Position numbers and translations under genes: made by a program. DNA of 64,000 nt from Dimorphilus gyrociliatus (Eukaryota; Animalia; Annelida), in the NCBI GenBank assembly GCA_904063045.1, contig CAJFCJ010000005.1, positions 3,404,165-3,468,164 on the forward strand. The letters run 5' to 3'. The notes under the pieces are model-generated. The model searched no databases. It worked only from the letters and a program-made list of their open reading frames with translations, and was not told the DNA's origin. Below, piece after piece: positions 1 to 12,057 of this stretch (its first letter is position 1; each line of letters starts with the position of its first letter).

Positions 1-230
1 CTCACTCACTCAATCTCTCTCTCTCTCCTTCTCTCTTTCTCTCTCTCTTCTTTCTCCCTTTCTCTCTCTTTTCTTTTTCACAATATCCTTCTTCAATTCT
101 CTTTCCTTTGTCATTTTTTTCGTAGCTTTTAGCTTTGTAGCACGCGCACAAGCATTTACACACAAGCACGAGCAATCGCTATGATTCTTTCCAACTTTCC
201 TTTCTCTCCTTTTCTCTCTCTCTCTCTCGC
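1..230. repeat. (CT)n/(GA)n-rich low-complexity tract, possibly the leader of a gene outside the window
   Basis: Runs of ctctctct and ttctctc; the ORF 10..258 (ERER...) is simply the translation of this tract. Confidence 0.8.
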
Positions 231-1163
231 TCTCAATATCTATTAAGAAGTTTATCAAAACAAAGCAAAGAAATGAGAACTTTTCCTGATAAACTTTACT
301 GCAAAGAAGGAATAAAAATGTGAAAACAAAATAAATTTTCGTTTGTTTTGAAAGAAATTAAAAGAAATAAACTATCAAGATCAATTGGAAAATAAGAAAA
401 TACGAGTTAAAATCGTTGTTTTATCTAAAATATAAATATAAAATAATATAGATATAACATATTTATTGATATAACTTTTTGATTTGAAGCAAAGCCTAAT
501 AAATAACTTCAATAAACCTTCATCAATAATACACGATCATTTTTAGTAGCTTAATTATGGCGCTGGTTAAGTAACCTTCGCTTGTCCAAGTTCATTACAG
601 TTTCTTTTACCTACTTAAGAATACTTTGACCTTTATAGAAAAAGGAAAAGAAAGAGAAATTTGCGTATTCTTTAAAAATCGTTGTTTCCTTTTTATTGAT
701 AATTATCTATTTAGTAGGAGAATTTATTTTCATTTTCATAAAAATAAACACATTTATTTGTTGCATTTCTTTTATTCAATATGATATGAAATGTATAATA
801 AGTATTCAGTTGTAGGCTGATTCTTTTCATGATCAAATTTAGGATCTTTATTTAGTGAATCACACTGAATAGGAGGTTTAAATTTCGGTAAAAAATCAAG
901 TGTGTTATGTAATAATTCGCCAGAGTAAAACTTCAGTCAAAGGTCAGAAATAGTAATAATCAAGCAAATTTCATAAGAAAATCTCTCATTCTCTATCACA
1001 TGTTATTCTATCTATCAGATAAAATATTTTTCTCATTCATTTAAAATACAGTTTTACAATCATTCTAACTTATTCTCAATCATTCTGCAGTTTTTTTTAT
1101 TGTTCCTGTAACATCTAATTCCGATAAAAACGTTGTCAAATGTGAGAAGAAATGTCACCTTAT

Positions 1164-3654
1164 TTAGCTCATACTGCCAACGTTTACGTATACAGCTTCA
1201 GCTTCGCTTTCATTCGTTACATTTCCATATATAGGTTCCTCTTTGCTAATTTCTCCTTTACCCTCCATTTCTTTGTTAAGGTTTAGTTCTGTCATATCGT
1301 TATTCTTTAATTCTTTGTTTATTTCGTTCAATACCTTTTTTTAATGAAAAGTAATATTATATTTTTTTTATGTAGCAGGCATAGTATTGTTACTATTTAT
1401 CTTTATATTTACATCTTTGTAATTTGGTGGTAAATCGGTTATTTTAAATGCATTATTTACGTATAAACTCTCTACATTTGCATCATTTTCCTCTTCTTTT
1501 CCTTTTTTATCTATTGTACTTATTCCTTCAACGTAAACGTTATCACTAGATAAAGGTAAGAGTGAGAAAATTTTCAATTGTGTTAAAGATTACACGTATT
1601 TAATTACTCCTTACATGCGTGGTCCTTGAAGTTTCTTAGGACTATCGGCAGTAACACCTATACCTGCCATACAACAGTTACACCATCCTTTCTTATAGAA
1701 AAAGATTATCAAGAGAATCAGCAAGATAGTTCCAACTGTTGAGAAGGTTAAAAAGCATGGTTAAACCCTCAATAGTTAAGGTTTTTACTAATTTATTTAC
1801 TTACCTATACAAGATACTATTATACCAGCAAGAACGCCATCTGTATTCTTTTTACTCTTGTCAAGTTTTGCACCAAGCAATGGTTGAAATGATGAAGATT
1901 CGATTGTTTTTTCCGTTGACTGTGTCAAAGAATAGCAAGTATGATTATCGGCACCTAATTTCATATTCAGCGGACAAGAGCAAGAGTAGGAACCATAATC
2001 GTTTTTGCAGGAATGTGAACATCCACCTCTGTTGGTCAATTTACATTCGTTTATATCCAAGCATATACTTCCATTACTTCTCAAACCCTCTTTACATTGA
2101 CAAAAATGCGATCCCGGGGTGTTAAAGCACTCCTCTTGACAGATATTATCAATTTTGCATTCATTAATATCAACGCAATGAGTAGAATTTTGAAGTTCAT
2201 ATCCATTTTTGCATTTACAGTAAAAACTACCTTTCGTATTTTTACATTCAGCATTGCCGCAGATATTCGGGTATTTCTTACACTCGTCTATGTCTAAACA
2301 TTCGAACTTATCTCGAAGTTCATATCCTGATAGGCAGGTACAAGTTGATTTTTTAAAATCGCACGAATGCTGACATTTGTGACATTCGTTCTCTTCTAGA
2401 AGAAAAAACACGTGAATATTAATTAAACTTAGAAATATGCATATAAATGGTATCGTGTATATTAATTATATAAGCAAGCAATAGCATGCTAATGGCGTCA
2501 CTCAGTCATGCAAGACAAACGCGATATAGTCAATTTCCACGACGTTCTCTCATTGGCAGAATCATATAGAGTTGAAGGAGAACGCCGAGTTAAATCGAGG
2601 ACAGTTTACACAACTCATCAATTGCAAATTCTCGAAGAGGAATTTAGTAAATGCCACTATCCTCCCCCAAGGATCATCGAATTATTAGCAATTGAACTGG
2701 ACATACCTCATAAGAAGATTAAGGTTTGGTTTCAAAATAAACGCGCAAGATGTAGACGAAAATTAATTGAAGAACGTAAGAGAAAGGAAAGGGAATCTCT
2801 TGTCTACAAATATATACCGAAATCTGTATATAACTGAATCATGAAGTTCATAGGCCTATCCACAGTTTAGACATGTAAATTTATATGAAATATAAACTCT
2901 TTTAAGAATTAATCACACAAAAAGGAATTCGTGCAAGGTAAATTCTATTTATAGAATTTCGGTTAAGTAATACGTTTACAAAACATGTCTTACCTCTCGA
3001 TTTGTTAATGGGTAAAAAATCTTTTTCTTTAAATATTTAAAGAAAAAGGACGGTCAATTAAAATAAGATTGTTAAATTGTTCTTTGCTACATAATATAGA
3101 TATAGACGAATAAAATGCTACATAGTCTAGCTTTTTATCTTTCGAAGATTAAATAATGAAAAGGAAGAAAATGGAATTACCTATAGTTTTGCAAATTCCG
3201 TTGACGAGTTTATGGCCATTGCAACAATACTTTTCAACTCTTTCAACGTATACACACAATTTTCTTTGTGTTTTGCATTTTGTTTGTCTAAATAACGAAT
3301 TAGATTTAGCTAAAATAAATTGTAAATGTTACATGTATAATTGAATAAACTAACCGATATTTAATGCAATTGTAACCGAATCGTTGTTCATTACCACTAG
3401 ATCTTTTACATCGGACACGAAGAGGAGTACAACAAGGATAATAATAGGGTTGCAAAATGATTTTCGGTTCCCGAATTTTTCGTTGACATACCGCATTATT
3501 ATCACTGTATACGTTTGATTGAAACAATAATTAATCTAATTGTTTGAGGAAATAATTCTCAATTAATAACTTACACTTCTGCTTGTATATCCTCAGCCGA
3601 TATAATATTATTTATAAGGAGAATGGAAAGCAGGAATAAAATTTCTCGAAGCAT
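1164..3654 (-). CDS. Type I membrane protein (~461 aa): signal peptide, EMI-like domain, 4 EGF repeats (3 Ca-binding), TM helix, tyrosine-motif tail
   Basis: Eight exons splice in frame with GT-AG: 3654-3575, 3504-3355, 3287-3181, 3026-2994, 2395-1805, 1735-1615, 1545-1413, 1334-1164 (1386 nt). Signal [20 protein letters not shown]; EMI-like Cys region ending [13 protein letters not shown]; DIDEC/DINEC cbEGF repeats; [27 protein letters not shown]. Confidence 0.85.
2508..2837 (+). CDS. Intronless divergent PRD-class-like (Q50) homeobox protein, 109 aa, nested antisense in intron 4 of the EMI/EGF gene
   Basis: Homeodomain [23 protein letters not shown]...[15 protein letters not shown] keeps L16, F20, Y25, W48, F49, Q50, N51 and R53 in register with no indels. 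TATAAAT at 2442-2448. Confidence 0.85.
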   Translation: MQDKRDIVNFHDVLSLAESYRVEGERRVKSRTVYTTHQLQILEEEFSKCHYPPPRIIELLAIELDIPHKKIKVWFQNKRARCRRKLIEERKRKERESLVYKYIPKSVYN

Positions 3655-4635
3655 AGTTTTTGAACAAGGTAGCCTTTCGTTTTGACACCGATAGCTAGGC
3701 TATTGAGTTCAAGAAAGCGGTATGCCGCTAGTAGTCTTTCTTTATAAATGCAAAAAAATCGTTATAAACTTTCCGAGTAAACTGAATTCAATAGTTTCAA
3801 TCAATAATGTAAGCAACAAGGAAAATATTTCTTTCAATTTTTAACATATAAAAGGAAATTTAATGACATTTATAGCTACATTTATCCTCCAAATAGGCTT
3901 CCATCTGATAGATATCAACTACCATTTAATCTTTAACGAATATGCTATTTTTCTATTATCAATGATTGTTGTTGATGCTTAATTTAACCAATATTCTTAT
4001 TAATAGAGCTATTTAAAAAAAACTACGTCTTTTTTTTCTATCTCGATCTCTTCCTCTATTTTCTATTTTCCTATTGACCTAATTACATATTAAAATTTAA
4101 TTAGTCAAAATTAATTATACGATTAACTTATTTATAACGAATAAATCTTACGTTTCACGATCATACGGTTTGAATAGTATAGGTAAGGTTATCGATTGTT
4201 TCTTTTTTTTTAACAGCTGTTTAATGGGAAGAGAGATAGAGAAAAAACTCAACTAATGTTAAATTGTAGGTTGTTTATAGGGCTATATTAGGTTTGTTGT
4301 ACAATATATTTATATATATATATATATATATTAGTATATATATTAAAATTTATATTAGAAGTTTACGTAAGGAGATTCGTGACGAATATATTTCAAAGGA
4401 AAAAGCTCGCTAATAACTTTTCATTCGTATATCGCAAGAGGAAGTTTCCGTTTTCCTTTTTTTAAGGAAATAAGTTACATAATGAGTTAAGCTTATTTAA
4501 AAGAAATGTATAAAGTAAGCAATAGTACATAATAGTGAACATAGAAAAATGTATTGTAAAGCTATAGTATAATCCATTTACGAGATAAGTACAAACTTAA
4601 AAGAAAGGGAAAAAAAACAACATCAACACCTATTA

Positions 4636-7570
4636 CTAATGCGGTACAGCTATTAAGTCGGTTACAATCGGCAATATTTCTTCAGTTTTTAGTTTCCAGT
4701 TGTTAACGTCTTTTGATGTCATGCACCATAATTCACCGTGTTTGGGTTCGGCACTAACACACCTTAACATAATTTTTCTAGCATCTTCTTCATTTAAGTG
4801 CATAACGCAAAATTTATAATATGTTGCCCATGAATCACCATTGTCTGGATCTAGTTTAACAGTCCTTTCAAACCATTCTTTAGCTTTAGTCATTTTTCTT
4901 TCGGTCCAAAATAATTTTGAACAGGCTAAGAGAACGTGAGGATCGTGCTCACAACGTTTTAGAGCGTCAACCGACCTTGCTTTCCTTTGTTGTCTCGATT
5001 CCATGAATATAGCTTCAGCATATAATAATCCAGAATTTGGACAGTCTTGTAGGGATTTAGCCAAAAGATTTTCGGCTATAGTATTCGTTGGATTAACTCT
5101 TCTTTCAACTCTTATGGCTTCTAACCATAGGAGATCAATTTTAGGATTTTTTAAACGTGCCTTTTCTAAAATTGATCTTGCTTTTGTTGTGTTCCCCTTC
5201 CGTTCTTCCAATCTGGATAATAGAATCCACAGGGGTATGGCTCTTGGGCATTTAACGGTACCGTTCGTATAGCAGTCTCTAGCTCTGTCGTCGTTGCCCA
5301 TCTTTTCTTCCAATTGACCCCTCATCATCCATAATTTAGCGAAAGTGTTATAGTGACCAAGGGCTTCGTCACATAATTTCACAGCCTCTTGTAAATCACC
5401 TAAACACCATTCTAATTTAACAGATTTCATAAAAACTCTAGCAGTAGGTGCATTAGTCCTAGCTCTTGCTAGCAGCTTTCTTGCCCGAGTGTATTCAGAG
5501 TTTTCGCTCTCCAATTTTACGGCGGCTAACCAAATTTCTTCTGAATTTGGATTAGCCTGGAAGGCATCTGATAAAACTTTCCTGGCAGCAGACACATCAT
5601 CAGCCATCCATTTCGATTTAGCAAACATAAGCCATAGAATTTCAGCTTTCGGACAGCTTTGAGTTGCTCTTACCAACAGCCCCTCTAAACTCTCTCTAGT
5701 TCCATGCTCCCTTTCGAAATATGCTGCTCTCATCCAAATACCCTTTTTGTTAGGAAGTTGACTTAAAGCGTGGGCGTATATTGCTCGTGCTGTTTCAATA
5801 GCACCGTGAGACGTGCATGCCTCCGCATCCTCGATCCATGTGTGTTTCCGGTCCTCGTCGTCAACTCCATTCCCAATTACAGCACTAATAATGGCGTGAC
5901 AAGTTTTAACCGACTGAGATGCTTCACATTCTTCAGCATCCTTAATCCATTGTTCCCTTTTAATTTCAACCATATTAGATTTTAAGGAGACCATTGCTCT
6001 TTCAATAATTTTTTCAACCATACTAAAACTATTATGAGCTTCTTCTAATTTGGCGGCATTTATCCATATTGTTCTATCCGTTGGAATACATTGACGAGCT
6101 TTATTTAACACTTTTCTAGCATTTTCGTAACTTTCTAATCGGGCTAAAGCTAACCACAACTCTACAGATGTTGGACAACACTCTACTGATCTAGTAAGCA
6201 TTATCCGTGCATCTTCTTCATTTTCTAACTCAACAGCGGCTTTCCACAATCGAACAGAATTAGGAACTTGCTCCAATGCCTTTCTAAAGACACGCTTTTT
6301 ACTTCTGGCATCTTTTTCCAACTGAGCGGCCATCATCCAAACCCTTACGGATTGCGGTAAATTTCTAACAGCTTGAGCAACAACAGCTTTAGCCTGATCT
6401 GCTGGCATAAGTCGAGCAGCTTCCAACCAAACATCTTCAGATTTGGGACACTGCTCCGTTCCCTTCATTATTATATTTCTGGCAGTTTGTAATTTTCCTG
6501 TAACTTCTTCTAAACGAGCACTAGCAATCCAGGCAGGCGGGTGTTTTGGATTAGTTTCTCTAACAGATTTTAACAGTAATCTAGCTTTTTTGACATCGCT
6601 TAAATCTCCACTGCCTCCTCCTGCTGGAATCATTGATTGTAAATCGGTAAGATAACCTTTGGGATCAACTACTGTTTGACCGGAGACCGAATCTGACACT
6701 TGAGTTAATTTAATATCCATCAAAGTATTTCTGGCTTCGCCAATTTTCTTCATGTCAATATCACCTGCTGGAGTATTAAAACCGGGAGTCATATCGCCTG
6801 GGAACGGTGTTGCAATGCCGCCATATTTTTGATCTTTTGGATCAATGGTCGTATTTTTATCACCAGCAGATACAGCTCTAGCAAATGCTGAATCTGGTAC
6901 AGGAGTAAATTTTTCGGCCATTGGATTTCTTTGACGTTTATTTCTAGCATCTCCAACTTCTGGTAAATTAAGCCATTGATCATTGCTAACTTCAGCGAGT
7001 CCTCGTTTCAAGTCGGCAAATTGTTGCTGAATTTTTGGACGTTCTTGACGATATTTGAGAATTTCATCTTTTAAACGCTTTTCTCTCCGTTCTTTTCGTC
7101 TTTCGTCCATTCTTTTATCGACTGCCTCATAAATCGCGTCTGCTTCGGCGTCATCCTCTTCATAAGGATCTTTTGCACACAGTGAACCACCATAACCACT
7201 AAACTGAAATTTTATAAGTAATTATTATTTTAAATTTAAACTAAAAGACATACGACAAGCTTACCTCATCATAATTGGAATCATTTAAATCATCATCATC
7301 ATCATCGTCCGTTTTTGCCTTTTTTGAAAGGTGTTTGTCATCCACATCATCAGCATCTCTAGCCGGACCGATATCAGATCGTGTGGTAAATCCAGTTGCA
7401 CTATTTCAAAAAAAGCATTATATTAAAGAAAGATCAATTATGCAAAATGAATAAAACAAAAATTCACTTCTAACGTACCCTCTTCCCAAACCAGGAACAT
7501 AGCCAAGAGGTGCTGATAAGCCCAGAAAAGATTTTTTCTTTCGATTCACAAATGATTGTGATGCCGCCAT
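4636..7570 (-). CDS. PRPF6: Pre-mRNA-processing factor 6 (U5 snRNP 102 kDa, HAT/TPR repeats)
   Basis: Exons 7570-7479, 7400-7265, 7203-4636. N-terminal [27 protein letters not shown], then [28 protein letters not shown] and HAT repeats to EPKHGELWC. Confidence 0.98.
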
Positions 7571-7826
7571 GTTCGTTTTGTCTGCGAAAAGTATAGGACC
7601 GCATTACGACAATTGTTATAAGAAAATTATTTTTTCACTTAAAAAATCCCTTAAACATTATAAAAGTAATTTTATTAAACTATAAAAAAATTTTTAGAAA
7701 AACTTTAAAGAATAAAAATTAAAGTCTTAAGTGCGAACCTTCTCAAATTACAGTTGGGTACCGGTGGATTGTTTACATTTCTTAGGCGTTTGTAAAACGC
7801 CCTATAATAATACTTATACTTTATGC
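7571..7826. promoter_or_regulatory. Bidirectional promoter between PRPF6 and TAF5L
   Basis: The head-to-head ATGs are only ~256 bp apart. Confidence 0.7.
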
Positions 7827-10388
7827 ATGATGAGTATTCTTGACGAACAGATCAATGAACAAATAGCAGATTTGAAAAGAAGACGAGGAATTACAGTAAT
7901 TTAAAAACACTGCACAAATAAATGTATAACAATACATTAATGTATGCTTTATTTTGTGAATTGAATAGATTACACAGCAAACCACTGTCACTGCTGAAGA
8001 ATACTTATGTAAAATTCAGGCCGAATCACTTTTAAGTATACCAAATAGTTTCGCATATTCGTTGATCTCTGGAGATGTTACAGTGTGCGATCAACAGTTT
8101 ACAAGGTAATAGAGTCTTCTTCAAACAGAATAATTAACAAATATTTTATAAAATAATATTAACTTTTAAGATTTTATAAATTTATCAACGAAATTGAAAA
8201 TAAATATAAAAATGATCTTCAACCCTTATTATTTCCAATTTTTATTCATACGTTCATGGAATTAATTTCAATCGGCCATGTTATACCAGGTTAGAAGAAT
8301 AGTAAAAAATTTATCCATTTAAGAATACATAATGGTCTTTTTTTATCCGCAGCTCATAAATACGTTAAAAGACATAAAGAAATATTCAATTCTTCAGAAA
8401 CAAATAAAGAAATAATAGCTAAACTTGAAATTATAAAAAAAATAGAAGATATTTCAAAAATTCCAGAACTTGAAAAGTATAGGTTTGTATTTTACATATT
8501 TTAATGAACTGTTTCAACGTAACTTTCTCTTTTCAGTACTTCAAGAAAAGAAGTACTCTTATCTAAGACTTCATTACAAATATTACTCAATTATTTAAGG
8601 GTAACTGATTTATCTATGATTCTGTTAATAACGTAATTTAAAATGACTTCTATTATAACAAAGAGAGAAGATACGCTACTTCTACATCAGATACTCAATA
8701 GACACTGTTCAATAAAAGGTTTGACCTTATTTTTCTTTCTTTGTCAATGTTTATCTAAAAATTAATTAATTGATTTTCTTATTCAGAATCGTTATCAAAT
8801 ATTCAAAAAGATGAGGATGATCAACAGCAAGAACAGGTTTCACAGGATACGCAAGCATCTTTAAATTCAATCGAGAATATGGATAGTCCTACTAATGAAT
8901 TGGATGAGATAACAAGATTCAACAGTTTTGCTGAAGCCATAAACAACGGACCTCCAGTAGCTCCAAGCTTATATGCCAGATTTATATCATCAGGATTTCA
9001 TGAAGGGTTTGTTTAGATATAAAACTAGCCATCTATTGTGACGAGACCTTTTGAAAAAAGAGCCGTTTCTTTGTAGTGTTACGTGTGCTATATTTAATGA
9101 AGAAGCTACACAAATGGCATGCGGTTATAAAGATTCGGCTATTGAAATATGGAATAGCGAATCCATTCCTTGCGAAGCCAGGGAAAGTGATAATTTGATT
9201 TTAGGCCACTCAGGATCAGTGTACGGAATAAGTTATGCTTACAATAATCAATGCTTATTATCAGGCTCTGAAGATGGTTCTGGTAAATACACTTTCTAGA
9301 TATCTAGAATATTTTAGCGTTCATAATAAAAGAAAGGAAAGCCTCTTTTACTTAAACTTCTAATATTCATTAAACAGTTCGTCTGTGGCTTTTGGAAGAC
9401 TTATCGAATCTTATGATTTATAATGGTCACGTGCGACCAGTATGGGATATAGCCGTACAGTTAGTAGAAATAAGAAACAAAAATTAAGTTAATTAATTTT
9501 ATTTATTTATCAGCGATTCCTTGACCTACTTTGCCTCTGCTTCGCAAGATACTACCGCAAAATTATGGACATTTGATAGAACTTTTCCAATTAGGGAATT
9601 TATCTCGCATTTTGAAGATATCAATGTATAATATTATGAAATATTTCACAACTATTACCTTCAAATTAACTAGTACTTTTATCCATTTCGTTACGAATCC
9701 AGTGTACAGACTTCCACCCAAATGGTTTATACTTAGCAACTGGATCCTCAGATAAAAGCATAAGAATTTGGAGTCTAAGAAATGGCAAAACTATTAAGAT
9801 ATTATTAGTAAGTTATATTTAGCTACATATATAATGTATATATATATTGATATTTTTAATATAGGGACATAGGGGTGAGATTCTTGTTGTTAAATTTTCA
9901 CCAGACGGTAAATATTTGGCTTCATCTGGAACTGATTGTATAATAAAAGTTTGGGATTTGACATCGACGACACCATTATTCAGTTTTCAAGGTCATACCG
10001 ATACAGTATACTCAATCAACTGGCGATATGATAGTTGTGTTTTAGCAACAGGTATAAAAATTACTATTTTCATCTAGGAATAATTTTCATTAGTAATTAC
10101 CTCTGAATCTCAGGTGGAAAAGATGGAATAATTTGCGTGTGGTATGTTAAAGCTCAACATGGCTCAAAAAATGGATTTAGGTTAATAAGTTCACTATTTA
10201 ATTAAATAATTTTAATATATAAATAGTTTGTCTATATAATTATTTTTCTATGCAGGTGCGATAATAATTTGTTATCTAGCGTTGAACCAAAATGCAACAA
10301 CGACAATACAATAAATAAAAATTGTGTTCAAAGACTACAATTTGCATCACAGGGAAATGCTCTTCACTCGTTGCTGAGCTGCGAATAG
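7827..10388 (+). CDS. TAF5L: TAF5-like SAGA/PCAF subunit (NTD2 + WD40 repeats), multi-exon
   Basis: Exon fragments TAEEYLCKIQAES, DLQPLLFPIFIHTFMEL, GHSGSVYGISY, LATGSSDKSIRIW and VKFSPDGKYLASSGTDCIIKVWD. The short N-terminus resembles TAF5L rather than TAF5. Some exon boundaries are approximate. Confidence 0.85.
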
Positions 10389-11544
10389 AAAATTTTTGAC
10401 AATTTATCAATTTCAATATAAAAGAAGAAATTGCTTTTGTTTATTTTTTTTGTTTGTTTGTTTTTTTTTTTCTGCATGAATTCTTTTTTTCAGATGGATT
10501 ATTACCATGGAATTGAACTTTTGCGAACTGTTGCAATTATTTTATATTTATTATAAACCCTTATTTTATCAGGATTTGCCCATTTTTCTCCAATCTACCC
10601 CTATAGACCCCTACCTCTCTTTCTCTCTCTCTTCCACCATCACCTACATCCTTAATTATGAAATGTTACCTATGCATAAATTCTTTATTCATTAATGTTT
10701 TTTCTTGTTATGCATTTAGAATAGGAATTTTTTTTTAATTTGTTAATTATTTATTTGTTTACTTTGTTTGCTTTTTGACGAATACAGAAATTGTTTTATT
10801 TTTTTTTTTACCATAAAACAAATCGGCTTCTTTGTCTTTTAACGAACGTTTATACTTCTTAGTCATTTTGGAATAAGAAATAACAATTAACACAGTAGCT
10901 GACTATTGGGTATAACTATAGTAGAGCATTTTTATAATGCAACGGGCACTCTATGTATAATTAACATTGTGAGGGACAATTTAATTGTTGTAGTATCTTA
11001 CCTGCCCGATAGGTGTCAGCCCTAAGTATCCTAGAAATATGCAAATAATAGGTTGATTTTTAACCAATCAGCACTTTTCCCGGCACGTGTCTCGCGCTGC
11101 GTGAGTTAGGATGAGACAATATTTTGCTTAAATACCCGGTCAGCAGTGGGTGTTCAATCCATTGGCATTAACTCGTTTGGAAGACACAGCTCCAGCTTAT
11201 TAAAATAAGAATATAGCTAACATAGATAATTGTATAATTATTTGAACAATTATCTTCCTTCTTCTACCAACCGAAACTATTTGAATTTTGTCGAAGAGAA
11301 GAGATATATATTTTCTCAAGTCAAAATAACATACAGTTTAAAAAGGTAATAGAAATTTATTATTAATTAAAACGAGACTTTTCAAGTAGTATATAATTTA
11401 AAATGTCAAGATCCTTCAAGTGTACTCTTAAAGGATCCAAGGGTTACGTTTCAAGAAAACAATATTGCTTTTAAATAGTCTCTTTTGAACACCTTTCCCT
11501 ATTGAATAAAGGTAATTTTAATGAAAATTTATATTTCTTTATAG

Positions 11545-12057
11545 ATGGAACAAATGAAAAACGAAAGCTATGAAGTCTACAACACACAGGGACATTTATA
11601 CTATACCGACGCGTATAGTTGCGCCCAAGAGAAGAATCCATCACCACCACTCTGGGGCCAACAACCAGTCCCCATTGAACAGCCAAAGCCAAGAATCGTT
11701 ATGGTTAATCAGTCGGAACGCTATACGAGGCCAAGAAACAGCGGGAAGCCGAAGAGAAAGAGAATAATATCATATGAGCAACGAAAAGCTGCTAATATTA
11801 GAGAAAGACGAAGAATGTTTAGTTTGAACGAAGCTTTTGACTATTTGCGTCAGAGACTACCTACTTTTTCATTCGAGCGACGTCTATCTAGAATAGAAAC
11901 CCTCCGTTTAGCTATAACTTATATAGGTTTTATGGGAGACGTTGTAAGTGGTAAAAGTCCAAATGATGTTAAATTAATCCCAATGCCCAAGTTTACTGGA
12001 GATAAGAAGAAAGGCAGAGGAGGAAGAAGATTGAAAACTCATGCTCATAATGGCTAA
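11545..12057 (+). CDS. FERD3L: bHLH transcription factor Fer3/Nato3
   Basis: [59 protein letters not shown] matches the FERD3L basic-HLH signature. The ATG directly follows a possible acceptor (tttatag), so an upstream exon is possible. Confidence 0.9.
   Translation: MEQMKNESYEVYNTQGHLYYTDAYSCAQEKNPSPPLWGQQPVPIEQPKPRIVMVNQSERYTRPRNSGKPKRKRIISYEQRKAANIRERRRMFSLNEAFDYLRQRLPTFSFERRLSRIETLRLAITYIGFMGDVVSGKSPNDVKLIPMPKFTGDKKKGRGGRRLKTHAHNG

Noticed and set aside
10-258. 82-aa ORF rich in ER/RE
   Set aside because: Translation of a (CT)n tract; no coding signal.
1368-1412. End of ORF 1368..1577 as the receptor C-terminus
   Set aside because: A donor (GAT|GTAAAT) at 1413/1412 and an in-phase downstream exon with conserved-looking Tyr motifs are a better fit.
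1739-2297. + strand ORFs 1739..2125 and 2097..2297
   Set aside because: Antisense shadows of the EGF exon.
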